This document shows positions 26,360 to 39,278 of a DNA stretch of 64,000 bases, in pieces. A program made the position numbers and the translations under genes. The notes beneath the pieces are model-generated. The model worked only from the letters and a program-made list of their open reading frames with translations. It was not told the origin of the DNA and ran no database searches. The first letter of the stretch is position 1, and each line of letters begins with the position of its first letter. The DNA is from the human T2T-CHM13v2.0 reference genome, Homo sapiens: NCBI RefSeq assembly GCF_009914755.1, contig NC_060935.1. One strand, given 5' to 3'.

Positions 26360-27075
26360 CACAACCTCTGCTCCCATCCCCACACTGGGCCCTTGACTCC
26401 TGCCAAAACCAGCTCCTGGGACAGCCAGTCATCCCAGTCCGCACGGCAGCTCTGAGCATGCACCAAGGTGCCACCCCCTTGGCTGTACAGCCCCCCTACA
26501 TCACCACAGCCACACCAGGGGCCACCACCCTCACAGGCCTCCCCCCCGAGCTGGTTCAGCCTGGGTGGAGCGGCCCCCAAGCAGCTGCATGCAGCGTCCC
26601 ACGGGCCTCTCACCAGGAACCAGCCCCTCAGGACCCTCCATGTGGCTGAGACCCCACGGGGGCGGTGCTGGGAGCCCACCAGGGCAGGAAGGGGAGGGCC
26701 AGGCCAACCTTTTCCTCACCCCCTTCCCCTGGCCCTCACACCTCCTGTTCCCCCCACAGAGGCCCAGACAGTCCCTGGGCCCCTGGATGCGGCTGCGTGG
26801 TCTCCCTGCTCGGTGCCTGTGCCACTGAGGACCACAGGGTGTGAGGGCCAGAGCAGGCAGGGCAGAGTCCCGAGGCTACCCCATGCACCGAGCCTTGGCC
26901 CCAGCACCCGCCACACTCAGCCTGTGGGTTCCAAACCCTCCCTGGCGGCTGTGCCCCCAGAACCATCCCTTCACCTGTCCCTCCACCCTCACCCCACCCC
27001 ACCCCAACCCAGGCTCCTTGAAGACTCATTTGAGGTCCACCCCCAGGAGCCCAGATGGTTTGAGATCCACCATAG

Positions 27076-27369
<294 letters not shown>

Positions 27370-27489
27370 TGAGCCCCACCCCTGGTGCCCCCCACTCCCC
27401 AGGGACCCCCACACCCAGTGCGCTATCACAGATGCCCCCTGTGCCCCAAGGACTACACCCCCTATGGTGCTATTCCGAGGTACACCATG

Positions 27490-28461
27490 CCCCCCATTAG
27501 CTGCCCCTCAAGTGCACCATCTCCTCCTCCCCATTAGCTGCCCCTCAAGTGCACTGTCCCCTCCATTAGCTACCCCTCAAGTGCACCGTCCCCCCATTAG
27601 CTGCCCCTCAAGTGCACCGTCCCCCCATAGCGGCCCCTCAAGTGCACCATCCCCCCCATTAACTACCCCTCAAGTGCACCGTCCCCCCCATTAGCGGCCC
27701 CTCAAGTGCACCCTCCCCCCCATTAGCTGCCCCTCAAGTGCACCATCCCCCCCATTAACTACCCCTCAAGTGCACCATCCCCCCCATTAGCGGCCCCTCA
27801 AGTGCACCGTGCCCCCCATTAGCTGCCCCTCAAGTGCACTGTCCCCCCATAGTGGCCCCTCAGGTGCACCGTCCCCCCCATTAGCTACTCCTCAAGTGCA
27901 CCATCCCCTCCCCCCCATTAGCTACCCCTCAAGTGCACCGTCCACCCCATTAGCTACCCCTCAAGTGCACCGTCCACCCCATTAGCTACCCCTCAAGTGC
28001 ACCGTCCCCCCATTAGCTACCCCTCAAGTGCACCATCCCCCTCATTAGCTACCCCTCAGGTGCATCATCCCCTCCTCATTAGCTGCCCCTCAAGTGCACC
28101 ATCCCCCCCATTAGCTGCCCCTCAAGTGCACTGTCCCCCCATAGTGGCCCCTCAGGTGCACCGTCCCCCCCATTAGCTACTCCTCAAGTGCACCATCCCC
28201 TCCCCCCCATTAGCTACCCCTCAAGTGCACCGTCCACCCCATTAGCTACCCCTCAAGTGCACCGTCCACCCCATTAGCTACCCCTCAAGTGCACCGTCCC
28301 CCCATTAGCTACCCCTCAAGTGCACCATCCCCCTCATTAGCTACCCCTCAGGTGCATCATCCCCTCCTCATTAGCTGCCCCTCAAGTGCACCGTCCCCCC
28401 CATTAGCTACCCCTCAAGTGCACTGTCCCCCCACCCCATTAGCTACCTCTCAAGTGCACCA
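27490..28461. repeat. About 32-bp C-rich minisatellite, about 30 copies (CCCATTAGCTRCCCCTCAAGTGCACCRTCCCC) with an internal 292-bp block duplication
   Basis: Periodicity; block starting 27821 recurs at 28113. Confidence 0.92.
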
Positions 28462-28927
28462 TGTGCACCAGGTGCTTCCCTTTTCCCCCTGAGGACCCCC
28501 TGCACCTCCCCTTTCCCGAGTGGGCAGTGTGTCGGGAAGTTTTCTGCCTGGCACCCACCCAAGCACTCTGGGAGCCCCTCGGCCTTTCCAGGGGCCATTG
28601 CTTGCATCCCTACGTGCCTGGGGGCCCTAGGTTGGTCTAGGCCAGAGCAGGTGTGCTAGGGAGCAGGAGGGGGCAGGAAGGAGCCTGCCAGGGTGCAGGA
28701 GGGCATGGCAGGAGAAACAGGGATGCCTGACCAAAGGCCAGAGCCAAACGGACCAGGCAGGCGACTTCTGATTGGCTGCCTATGACATCACCAGGCTGGG
28801 CTGCTATTGGCCCTTATGTGTGATTGGCGTTTGGAGAGGCAGTGGGCTCTGGGCAGGGGGTCTCCAGGGCGGGGAGGCGCTCAAGGCAGAGACTGGCCCT
28901 GTTCAGCCTCACCACCCTCCTCCCCAG

Positions 28928-29044
28928 CCACAGGGATCTGAAACCTGAAAACCTCCTGCTGGACGAGAAGAACAACATCCGCATCGCAGACTTTGGCATG
29001 GCGTCCCTGCAGGTTGGCGACAGCCTGTTGGAGACCAGCTGTGG
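28928..29044 (+). CDS. BRSK2: BRSK2 exon 5 ([39 protein letters not shown])
   Basis: HRD and DFG motifs and the LKB1-target activation-loop Thr (LETSCG); ccag|C...GG|gtacgt; 117 nt. Confidence 0.98.
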
Positions 29045-29543
29045 GTACGTGGCCCTCTGCCCTGGAGAGAGGCTGGGGGACAGGCTGGGCTGGGGGAAGA
29101 GGAGCCAGTGGACTGAGAGGCCCCCAGCCTGCCTGAGCCTCCCGGCACCCCACAGGCAGGCCCCCCACAATGTGCCTGAGCCTCCCAGTACCCCACAGCC
29201 TGGTGGTGGTGGGGAGACAGGCCTCCCGGCACAGTAAGGGTAGGGGTACAGCCCTGGCCCTGGCCTGCCTGGGAGAGAGGCTGGGACCCACTTACATGCC
29301 CCTCTCCTGGGGACCCCCTGGCCCCTGCCCAGCCGAGTGGGCAGACAGCTTTGGGCGCAGCAGAGACCCAGTGCCCCACCTTGATCTCCTCCCAAAAGCC
29401 CGCCTGGGGATGCAGGGAATGTGGGGGCGTCTGGCACCACAGCCCTGGAGGCCTCCTTGAGGGCCCTGCGGTGCACCATCACCCTGGGGGGAGGGCCTGG
29501 CAGCGCCCGGAGCCCCGCCGCTGACCTCTGCCCTTGCCCGCAG

Positions 29544-29577
29544 GTCCCCCCACTACGCCTGCCCCGAGGTGATCCGG
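29544..29577 (+). CDS. BRSK2: BRSK2 exon 6 ([11 protein letters not shown])
   Basis: cgcag|G...CGG|gtgagt; 34 nt; CPE variant of the APE motif typical of BRSKs. Confidence 0.96.
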
Positions 29578-29772
29578 GTGAGTCAGCGCCGCCGCGTGCA
29601 GCTCTGTGGGGCCCAGGGTGGCGGGGACCTGACCCTGGTGGGACCCCAGCCTGCCGCACCCCCAGGTGCTGCTAGGCTGCCTGTCCCCGGGCCGACTCCC
29701 TCTGAGCCCAGGCCCTCCAAGGCCCCCGCCCTGCCCTGCGCCCCCCAACAGCCCGGGCACTGCTGTCCACAG

Positions 29773-29841
29773 GGGGAGAAGTATGACGGCCGGAAGGCGG
29801 ACGTGTGGAGCTGCGGCGTCATCCTGTTCGCCTTGCTGGTG
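29773..29841 (+). CDS. BRSK2: BRSK2 exon 7 ([23 protein letters not shown])
   Basis: cacag|GGG...GTG|gtgaga; 69 nt. Confidence 0.97.
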
Positions 29842-29845
29842 GTGA

Positions 29846-30540
<695 letters not shown>

Positions 30541-31395
30541 GGTGAGACCTGGCTATAAGTTACACAAAAGCACTGGTGCTTCCCCATCACGGCCATCCTG
30601 CCTCCAGACGCTGCTGGGGCAAGCTCCAGGCAGCGTGAATAGTTCTGCTGAGTGCCCCCAGCAGCTGTGGGGGCTAGCAAGAGCCAAAGGTAGCCCCCAG
30701 CTGCTGGTCCTGACCTCCTCCAGGGCTGCCTGGTGTGGGGACCGCACGTGTCCACTTGACAGAAGCAGGTCACACTCTGGGCTGACCCTTCCAGGGTAGC
30801 GTTGACCTGTTCCCAAGTGGCCACTGCCTCACACCCCACGAGCTGTCCCTGAGTCAGGGTGGAGAGAAGGGGCCGTGTGGCTGGCCGGCCCTCCCAGCCT
30901 CCTGCCTGCACCTGCACCCAGCCCTGCCCCGCCGCACAGGTGGGCCGGGTTCTCCTGGCTTCAGCTCCCTCCTGGCTGCTCCCTGCTCTCCTGCCTTGGT
31001 TCCTTCCTAGAGCCACGGAGGGGCCCAGCCCAGGCAGCACAGGCACCTGGGGCTGCCCTGGCTCCAGCTTCCCTCCCTCCCCCTCTCCCTCCGCTCCCCA
31101 GGCCCCTGCCCCTACCTGGAGCACCCCCTCCGACTCCAGCTCCCCCGACTTCTCTCCTCCTTGAGGTGTGTGTTTTCTTCTCCACTTGGGAGAGGCAGGA
31201 GCAGGGGTGCTGGCCTTGAGCCTCTGGGAACGCAGCCCCCTCCCTATCTTCCTCCCCACCTTCCCCCCACTCACTTGCCCTCACCCTCTCCTGCTCTCTC
31301 CGTGCTCCCAGCGCCCCTGCCTTCCCCCTCACCTCCTAATGTGGGCTCTTTCCGTCCCTCGTCCGTACTAACTCCCTGTTTCTCTTTCCTTGTAG

Positions 31396-31427
31396 CTAGA
31401 GCACATTCAGAAACACATATGGTATAT
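31396..31427 (+). CDS. BRSK2: BRSK2 exon 9 (LEHIQKHIWYI)
   Basis: tgtag|CTA...AT|gtaagt; 32 nt; end of kinase domain; TACTAAC branch point at 31366. Confidence 0.95.
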
Positions 31428-31642
31428 GTAAGTAGCTTTTCCACCCACTAATCGCCTGCTTTGCCTGTTGCTGTGGCCTGGAGGCCCTGCTAGGAAAGGC
31501 GGGGGGAGGGCGCCGGCCCAGCGCAGGTCCTGCCCTGCCTTGGCCCTCCGTGGCCTGCGCTGGGTGCGGGGTGCGGGCAGGACGCAGGAGGCCTCCCCGG
31601 GCTGGGCACAGGGAGAGTGGCAGGATGAAGGGCCCCAGGTGA

Positions 31643-32920
<1,278 letters not shown>

Positions 32921-34237
32921 TGATATGGTCACACCATGCTCAGAGCCATCAGCCCAGCAAGCCTGTCCCCCTGGTCCCAGCAATGCTGGGCCCGTCTCTG
33001 GGTGGCAAGTGTGGTGTGTGTGGCCAGGGACATCACAGAACTCAGCAGTGATGAGCAGACCCGTGGCCGGAGGAAGGGCACCCAGCCCCTCTGGAGCCTC
33101 TGCTGGGTGGGGGCAGGGCTGGGCTGCCCGCACGAGGCCCTCAGCAAATCCTTGGAGCCGGTGCGGCCTCTTGGGGATGAGCTCAAACGTCCCTCACCAG
33201 GTGGCAGCTTCCAACACTTGGGGACAGCCCTTGGGCCCAGGAGCACACCAGGAGGTCCAGGAGCCCGGGCAGCAGTCTCTGGTCTGCCCTGTGATCTGGG
33301 CCTCAGCACCCCAGGGCCCCCTCCTTGTACTGGAGATGTGGGGGGTGGGACAGGCGTGGCCTGTTCCTCGGGAACTTGGGGGAAGCTGTGGGGAACTGCA
33401 AGGTAGCTTGGCAGCCATCAGGCTAAACCTGTTCCAGCCCCAGCCCTGGCCAGAGTACTGGTGGTCCCAGTTCTGGCAGCTCCCAGGCCATGGCCCCCTG
33501 GGAGTCCTAGGCCCTCCCCAGGGTTTCAGGCTGGCCCAGCTTCCAACGTGGGGTCCCAGCCCCCAGAACCTCCTTCCCAGGGCCCAGTCAGCGCAGCCCT
33601 GACGCCAGTACTAGGGGGTAGCAAGGGGCCCTCCTATCTACATTCTACTGTCCTGACCTTCAGTGGCCTGCATGTCATGGGGGCACCACAACCTGTAGCC
33701 CAGGTGCCTGCCTCCTGCCTGCGTGGCCACCTCCCCGGACTCCCCGACCCTGCAGGGCAGGCCCCACCACCCCACTGCCTGGCCCCTCCGGTCAGCGGCG
33801 TGGGAGGCCGCCCTCTTGGCCTCTGCTGCAACTCCCAGGCCTGGCTGCCTGGGGCAGGTGTGGGATGGGCCAGGCCATGGACCATTCCGGGGCCTCTGGA
33901 AGGCCACTAGTCCTGGCATGTCCCAGCCAGATTCCACTCCTGGTGGGGCCACCTGTGCAGCCAGCAGAGACCCAGCTGCTTGGTGTTGGGCCACACAGGG
34001 CTGCTGACTGGGGACGCAGGGGTCCTGGGGGCTGGGGTGGGGGCTACCAGGCCACCCTGCCCAGCAGTCACACGGTGCGGGGTGTGCTGTCTGGCCCAGC
34101 CTCCTCTCTCGCCATCTTTGTGCAGCGGCCTCAGAGCCACGTGGAGTTCTTACCCGGTGTGGCCCGGGCCCTGGGGGCCGACCTGTGCCCGCGTGTGGCC
34201 GTCAGTAACTGTGTTTTCTCGCTCTGTTCTGCTGTAG

Positions 34238-34303
34238 TAAAGCAATGTTCAGTAAAAGCCTGGATATCGCTGAGGCCCATCCCCAATTCAGCAAAGAAGA
34301 CAG
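34238..34303 (+). CDS. BRSK2: BRSK2 alternative 66-nt cassette exon (SKAMFSKSLDIAEAHPQFSKEDR)
   Basis: Pyrimidine tract + ctgtag|T...AG|gtatac; length divisible by 3, phase matches exons 12/13, no stop; AT-richer coding-like island in a GC-rich intron. Confidence 0.85.
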
Positions 34304-36215
34304 GTATACACCCCGACCACCCGTCCCCGCACCTCCCAGCCCCAGACACGCTGTCCTGCCTCAGGCCGGGCAGGCACATGGGCGGGTCTGGTGGCGGGCT
34401 GGGCTGCAGGGCTCCTGCTGCGGTGAAGCCAGCCAGCAAGCCAGGCAAGGGCCCGCGGGCCAGGCAGAGGCCGAGGAGGGGTGGGGCTGCTGAGGCGTGG
34501 CCCACGCCTGCCTGTGAGGGACCACGCACCATGGCTTACAGGGCCTGGGGCTAGAGCCCGGCGTGGCTGCAGGCCGAGCCGCTCCTCCTGCCAGCCCCTG
34601 TGCTGTGTCCGGTGGGCCTCGGTGGCCCTGCTGCCCCTGGGGCCGGCCAGAGTTGAAGCCGAGCAGCCGTCCTGTGCCCACCTGCAGGAGCTGAGGAGGG
34701 CAGGAGGCGCCGCCGTCAAGAGGGGCCTCTACCTGGGGCCAGTTTTGCGAGCCTGGGCGGGTGGCGCCGCCCCCAAGGCTGCAGTGTGCTGGCTGCCGGT
34801 CGGGGTCCTTCTCTTTGAGCCCTGGCCCCGTGCCTACCTGGGACCCTCACCTGTGTGCCCTCACTCTGCCTGCCCTGGCTGCCCTCAGGGCTGGCGCCGT
34901 CTCTCCTGCCCCTGCCCCAGCAACTGTAGCTCAGTGTTCCCAGCAGCTGCCTGGCCGGATAGGACCAGGGCTCGGCCCCTCCACCCCGGGGTTTCCAGCG
35001 CCTCTTCTGTCTTCCTCGTGCCCAGTCACGAGCTCTGGGCGGGCTCGACAGGAACCACAGGTCCAGGGCCTCACTGGTGGCTGCTGCCCCCATGAGGGCT
35101 GTCCGCGCTCCCAGCTCAGCCCTGAAAGCTCTGGGTCCAGTTCCAGCCCTGGGTGTCATCCTGGCCCAGACAGGCTGGGTTGTGCATGGGGTCCCCGTCG
35201 CCTCCCTGCCCCTTGGCTGTGTCTGGTGAGGGAGTTGGAGGGTCGTCACCGTGGGGACCAGCCCCCGGGTGTCCGGGAGCCAGGTGTGTGGCCAGCGTGG
35301 CACTCTCCACGGTCCGGGGCCTGGGCCGTGGTGTGGACTAGCGAGGCCCCTCGTGGCCGGCTGGCGGTGGGCAGGCCTGGTGGGCAGTGCAGGCCGGGCT
35401 TTTACTCTTCTCTGTCCTCTTCTCTTCGGCGGCTGCCTCGGCCCCTCCCTGCATTTCCTTCCTCCAAGGATGGCAGCTGCCACTGTCTGGGCACGTGGGC
35501 GCCGGCTCGTCCGTGCAGTGTGGTGGAACGACGCACAGCCGTCCTGGTCCCTGCACGGGGGTGGCGGCCACACACCGGAGTCTCAGCCGGGCACGCCGGG
35601 CCAGGGCCTCCCTCCTGCTGTGTGCAGGTCTCAGGCTGAGTAGGGCAGTGGTGGGACAAGGCCCCACCGTCCCTGCCAGCAGCTGCCCCAGCCTGGCCCT
35701 GCCCAGGCCCTCCTGGTTGTGGACAAGGGAAGGGCCGGCCGCTGACCCAGGCATCCCTCACGGGCATCTAGGGACATGGAGGACCAGGCTGCAGGCCCTG
35801 TGAGAGCTCAGCCAGGGGGGGCTTGGCAGGTGGGAGGCTGGAGCCAGCACGAGGCCTGGAGCAGAAGGGGCTGCATACAGGAAGCTCCCGTCTGTCCCCT
35901 CGTCCTTCCGTCCACCCCCACGCTGGATGGTCCTTTGCCGCGGCTGTCTGATGCCGTATCCTGTGCTGTGCCTGGGCTGCTGGCATGGGGTGGCCCCCAC
36001 ACGTGGGCTCTGATGGGGGCCCCAGTGGGGCTGGGCACAGCCAGGCGCCCTGGGCCCTCCTGAATTGACAGGGTGTGCAGCAGGACCCAGGGCCTCGAGG
36101 CTCTTGGCCCGGGCTCCAGGCCTCCTGGAGGGTTTACCTGGGGGGAGCAGAGCCCAGCACCTGCTGCTCCACTGCCCCCTGGCTGAGCAGTGGCCCTGTA
36201 CCTTGTGACCTCCAG

Positions 36216-36276
36216 GTCTCGGTCCATCAGCGGTGCCTCCTCAGGCCTTTCCACCAGCCCACTCAGCAGCCCCCGG
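36216..36276 (+). CDS. BRSK2: BRSK2 exon 13 (SRSISGASSGLSTSPLSSPR)
   Basis: tccag|G...CGG|gtgagt; 61 nt. Confidence 0.96.
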
Positions 36277-36660
36277 GTGAGTGACCCCCCGCCCCCACCC
36301 AGCTCGGATGCACAGAGGCCCCAACCCTCCCAGTCAGCGTGTGCCAGGGTGGGGGCAGCCTCGCGGACCCTGGGAAGCAGCCCCAGGCGCCCCCCATGCC
36401 CACGCTCCTGTGGCGGCTGCTGCTCTGTGGCGCAGGCTGCTCTGCTAACTGCACGCTCTTTTGTTTTGTTTTGTTTGTTTTCTTGTGTGTCACTTGTTTT
36501 CTTTTGTGGCTAATCCTCCTGCCCATGCCTGCCTGCCTCCCCACCCTCCCGCTCCCGCCTGTTTCTTTCTGGTCCTCCTGTGCCGTGTGCATGCGGGGGA
36601 CTGGGGTGCATGTGCCGCGCGGCTGCCCCCACCCCGCTCGCTCCCTGCGCCTCCCCGTAG

Positions 36661-37026
36661 CCTATTAGGAAGCTTGTCCTGCCCCCACCGCCCCCCGAGC
36701 CGCCCTTCGTGGCCCGCCCCCTGGCCACCTCCACGGAGCCCGAAGCTTGTGGGAGCGCCTCGAGGCCTGGACACGTCCTCCCTCTGCAGGCCGCCCTGCG
36801 GCCCGACCCCAAGACCCAGACCTTGCCGTGCAAGGCCAAGCTGACCGACAAGCCTCTGCAGGGCACCAAGTCCAACCCCTTCCCGGCCAGCACCCCAGCC
36901 CGGCCTCCCGCCACTGGCCTTTGTCCCCAGCTGGCACCACCCCTGGGCCCGCCTGCCCTGCGGGTGCCCCCCCGGCCCCCACCCGCCGGGATTGAACCAA
37001 ACACCAAATCTGTCCCCACCATACAG
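36661..37026 (+). CDS. BRSK2: Candidate alternative 5' extension of BRSK2 exon 14 (122 aa, [15 protein letters not shown]...[13 protein letters not shown]...NTKSVPTIQ)
   Basis: cgtag| acceptor at 36660; 366 nt in frame and stop-free; 223-nt AG-free zone with CTAAC branch point upstream. Confidence 0.6.
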
Positions 37027-37234
37027 GTGACCCCTCACCCCTCACCAAGGGGCAGTCCCCTCCCCACCCCCAAGGGGACACCTGTCCACACGCCAAAGGA
37101 GAGCCCGGCTGGCACGCCCAACCCCACGCCCCCGTCCAGCCCCAGCGTCGGAGGGGTGCCCTGGAGGGCGCGGCTCAACTCCATCAAGAACAGCTTTCTG
37201 GGCTCACCCCGCTTCCACCGCCGGAAACTGCAAG
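37027..37234 (+). CDS. BRSK2: BRSK2 exon 14 ([17 protein letters not shown]...[24 protein letters not shown])
   Basis: tacag|GTG...G|gtgagt; 208 nt; SAD short conserved region. Confidence 0.96.
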
Positions 37235-37587
37235 GTGAGTGTCTGCCCGGAGGCGCCAGAGTGGGGCTGGGAGAGAGCAGAGGCTGCCTTGGGGAGGGCC
37301 CCGCCCGGCAGTGCCAGACCAGTCCGAGGGGCCTGTAGCTGCAGGGGTGGCCTGGGCCTGCCCACGTCTCACTGTCCCGAAAGCGCCCAGCAGCAGCCTG
37401 TGTCCTACCTGTCGCACAGGCTGGTATCCCCTCCAGACATTCTGTGTTCCTGAGTCTACCCACTCTGTGTCCTGGGGCCAGGCACACAGCAAGGAGAGCT
37501 GGCCACCGAGGGGGCACTGCCAGTCAGGAGGCCCCATGTGTGGGGCACCAAGGGCCAGCCAGTGCTGCTGGAGAAGGCACAGCCGAC

Positions 37588-37614
37588 TTCAGCACCAGAG
37601 GCGGGGACAGCTCC
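37588..37614 (+). promoter_or_regulatory. Non-canonical RE1 (REST) site with 8-nt spacer
   Basis: TTCAGCACC-agaggcgg-GGACAGCTCC: both half-sites near perfect. Confidence 0.5.
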
Positions 37615-37809
37615 CCTTAGCCTGGGGGGCGCCACTGCCAGTGGGCCTCTAAGGTGGCCGGGAGCTGGGGTGGACCAGTGCCCCTGGGGGGCTGTCCCAG
37701 TGTGTGTGGGTGGACTCCTGATGACCCTGACCTCGGCACAAGGTGGCCAGGGCAGGGGAAGGATGGAGCGGTCACCACGCCTTTCCTCCTGTTCATCCTG
37801 TGTGCACAG

Positions 37810-37858
37810 TTCCGACGCCGGAGGAGATGTCCAACCTGACACCAGAGTCGTCCCCAGA
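37810..37858 (+). CDS. BRSK2: BRSK2 exon 15 (VPTPEEMSNLTPESSPE)
   Basis: cacag|TT...GA|gtaagt; 49 nt. Confidence 0.96.
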
Positions 37859-39018
37859 GTAAGTGGCCCCTGCTGGAGGCCTCCTGGTACCTGACACCAG
37901 GCTGGCCGGGAGAGGGGCATGGAACCCTTCCCCTATGGCCAACGGGGTGCTCCTTCTCCACGTGGCCCCACCTCCCACTGCAGGCAGGCCCGTCTCGGCC
38001 ACTGAGTCTCTGAAGTTCGAATTCCCGGCTGTGAGGGGAAGGCCAGCCAGGGGAGGAGCCCCCAGCCCTGTTGAGAAGCTTCAGGCCTTGGGAGAGCCTA
38101 GGGTTGGCTGGAGGCGAGCAGGGGGTACACTGGGCAGAGTCTCCCCAGGGCCTGAGCTCGCCAAGGGCAGAGACCGGGTCGCTCAGGTCTCAAGGAGAAA
38201 GCAGCCCGTGTTAAGAACAAAGGGGCAGCAGGCCTGGTGGGAACACGTGTGCAGGGGCGGGGCGGAGCAGCCAAGCCGAGGTCTGGCCCCGCCGCCTTTC
38301 TGAGCCGTGAGAGGTGCCACTGCAGAGACTCTACAGCGCCCAGGTGCTGAGATGCCCTGGGGGCCGCTGTGACTGGTGTCTGGACAAAGATGTCCCCAGA
38401 GAGACCCCTTCCCAGCGCCCAGGCCCTCTCCCTCCTCTCCACGATGGCCTCAGTCACTGGGCAGTGTCTCGGAGACCAGGCGACTGGCGGTGTACACATA
38501 TGAGCCTGCAGCGTGACCCCAGGCCAGGCAGCGGCAGAGAGCGGCGGTCAGGCTGGAGTCACTTCACAGGAGACCCCGGGAAATGAAGATGTGGCCAGCT
38601 GTGGACTGAGTAAGACGAGAACCTTTGTCCTGCTGCTGGCTTTAAACCAGGGGCCCCTGTGGAAACTGCTCAGTGCTAAGCCCCAGGAGCAGCATCTGCA
38701 GCCTGTGCCAGGATTCCACCCAGTGGCCTTTCTGCGCCGATCAGGTGGCCCTTCCAGCTGGGTGCCCAGGTCGGAGGTGTGTAGGTATTGTCGCAAGCCC
38801 AGATGCACAGGGCTCAGCAGACTTGGGAACCTTCCGCCTAGGCCCTGACATTGCCGTTTCTGCTGCTACCAAAAGCTTTCATGAACAGACTCATAATTAT
38901 CTTCCTCAGAGAAGGTGGAAAACATCAAAGCCGAGAAGGTGGCTTTGATGCCACTGTGGCTGCCTGCGCTTCTCCCCTCCCCCATCTTGAGATGGCCTGG
39001 AGGCCCTGACCCCTCTCA

Positions 39019-39278
39019 AGGGTCCGGCACGGATGCCTCCCACAGCCCCACCCAAGGGCCCGGCACAGACACCCCTTCCCAAGGGTCCAGAACAGATGCC
39101 TCCTACAGCTCCACCCAAGGGCCCGGCACAGATGCCTGCAACAGCCGTTCCCGAGGGTCCAGCACAGACACCTCCCACAGCCCCACCCAAGGGCCTGGCA
39201 CAGATGCCTGTGACAGCCCTTATTGAGGGTCCTGCACAGACGCCTTGGACGAGGGTCCAGCACGGATGCCTCCCACAG
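39019..39278. repeat. Imperfect tandem repeat (GGGYCCRGCACAGATGCCTCCCACAGCCCCACCCAA-like)
   Basis: About 7-8 degenerate copies. Confidence 0.7.

Noticed and set aside
29578-29772. In-frame, stop-free intron 6 (195 nt)
   Set aside because: Retention would insert 65 low-complexity residues into the kinase C-lobe. Open frames of this size are common at this GC content and both splice sites are good.
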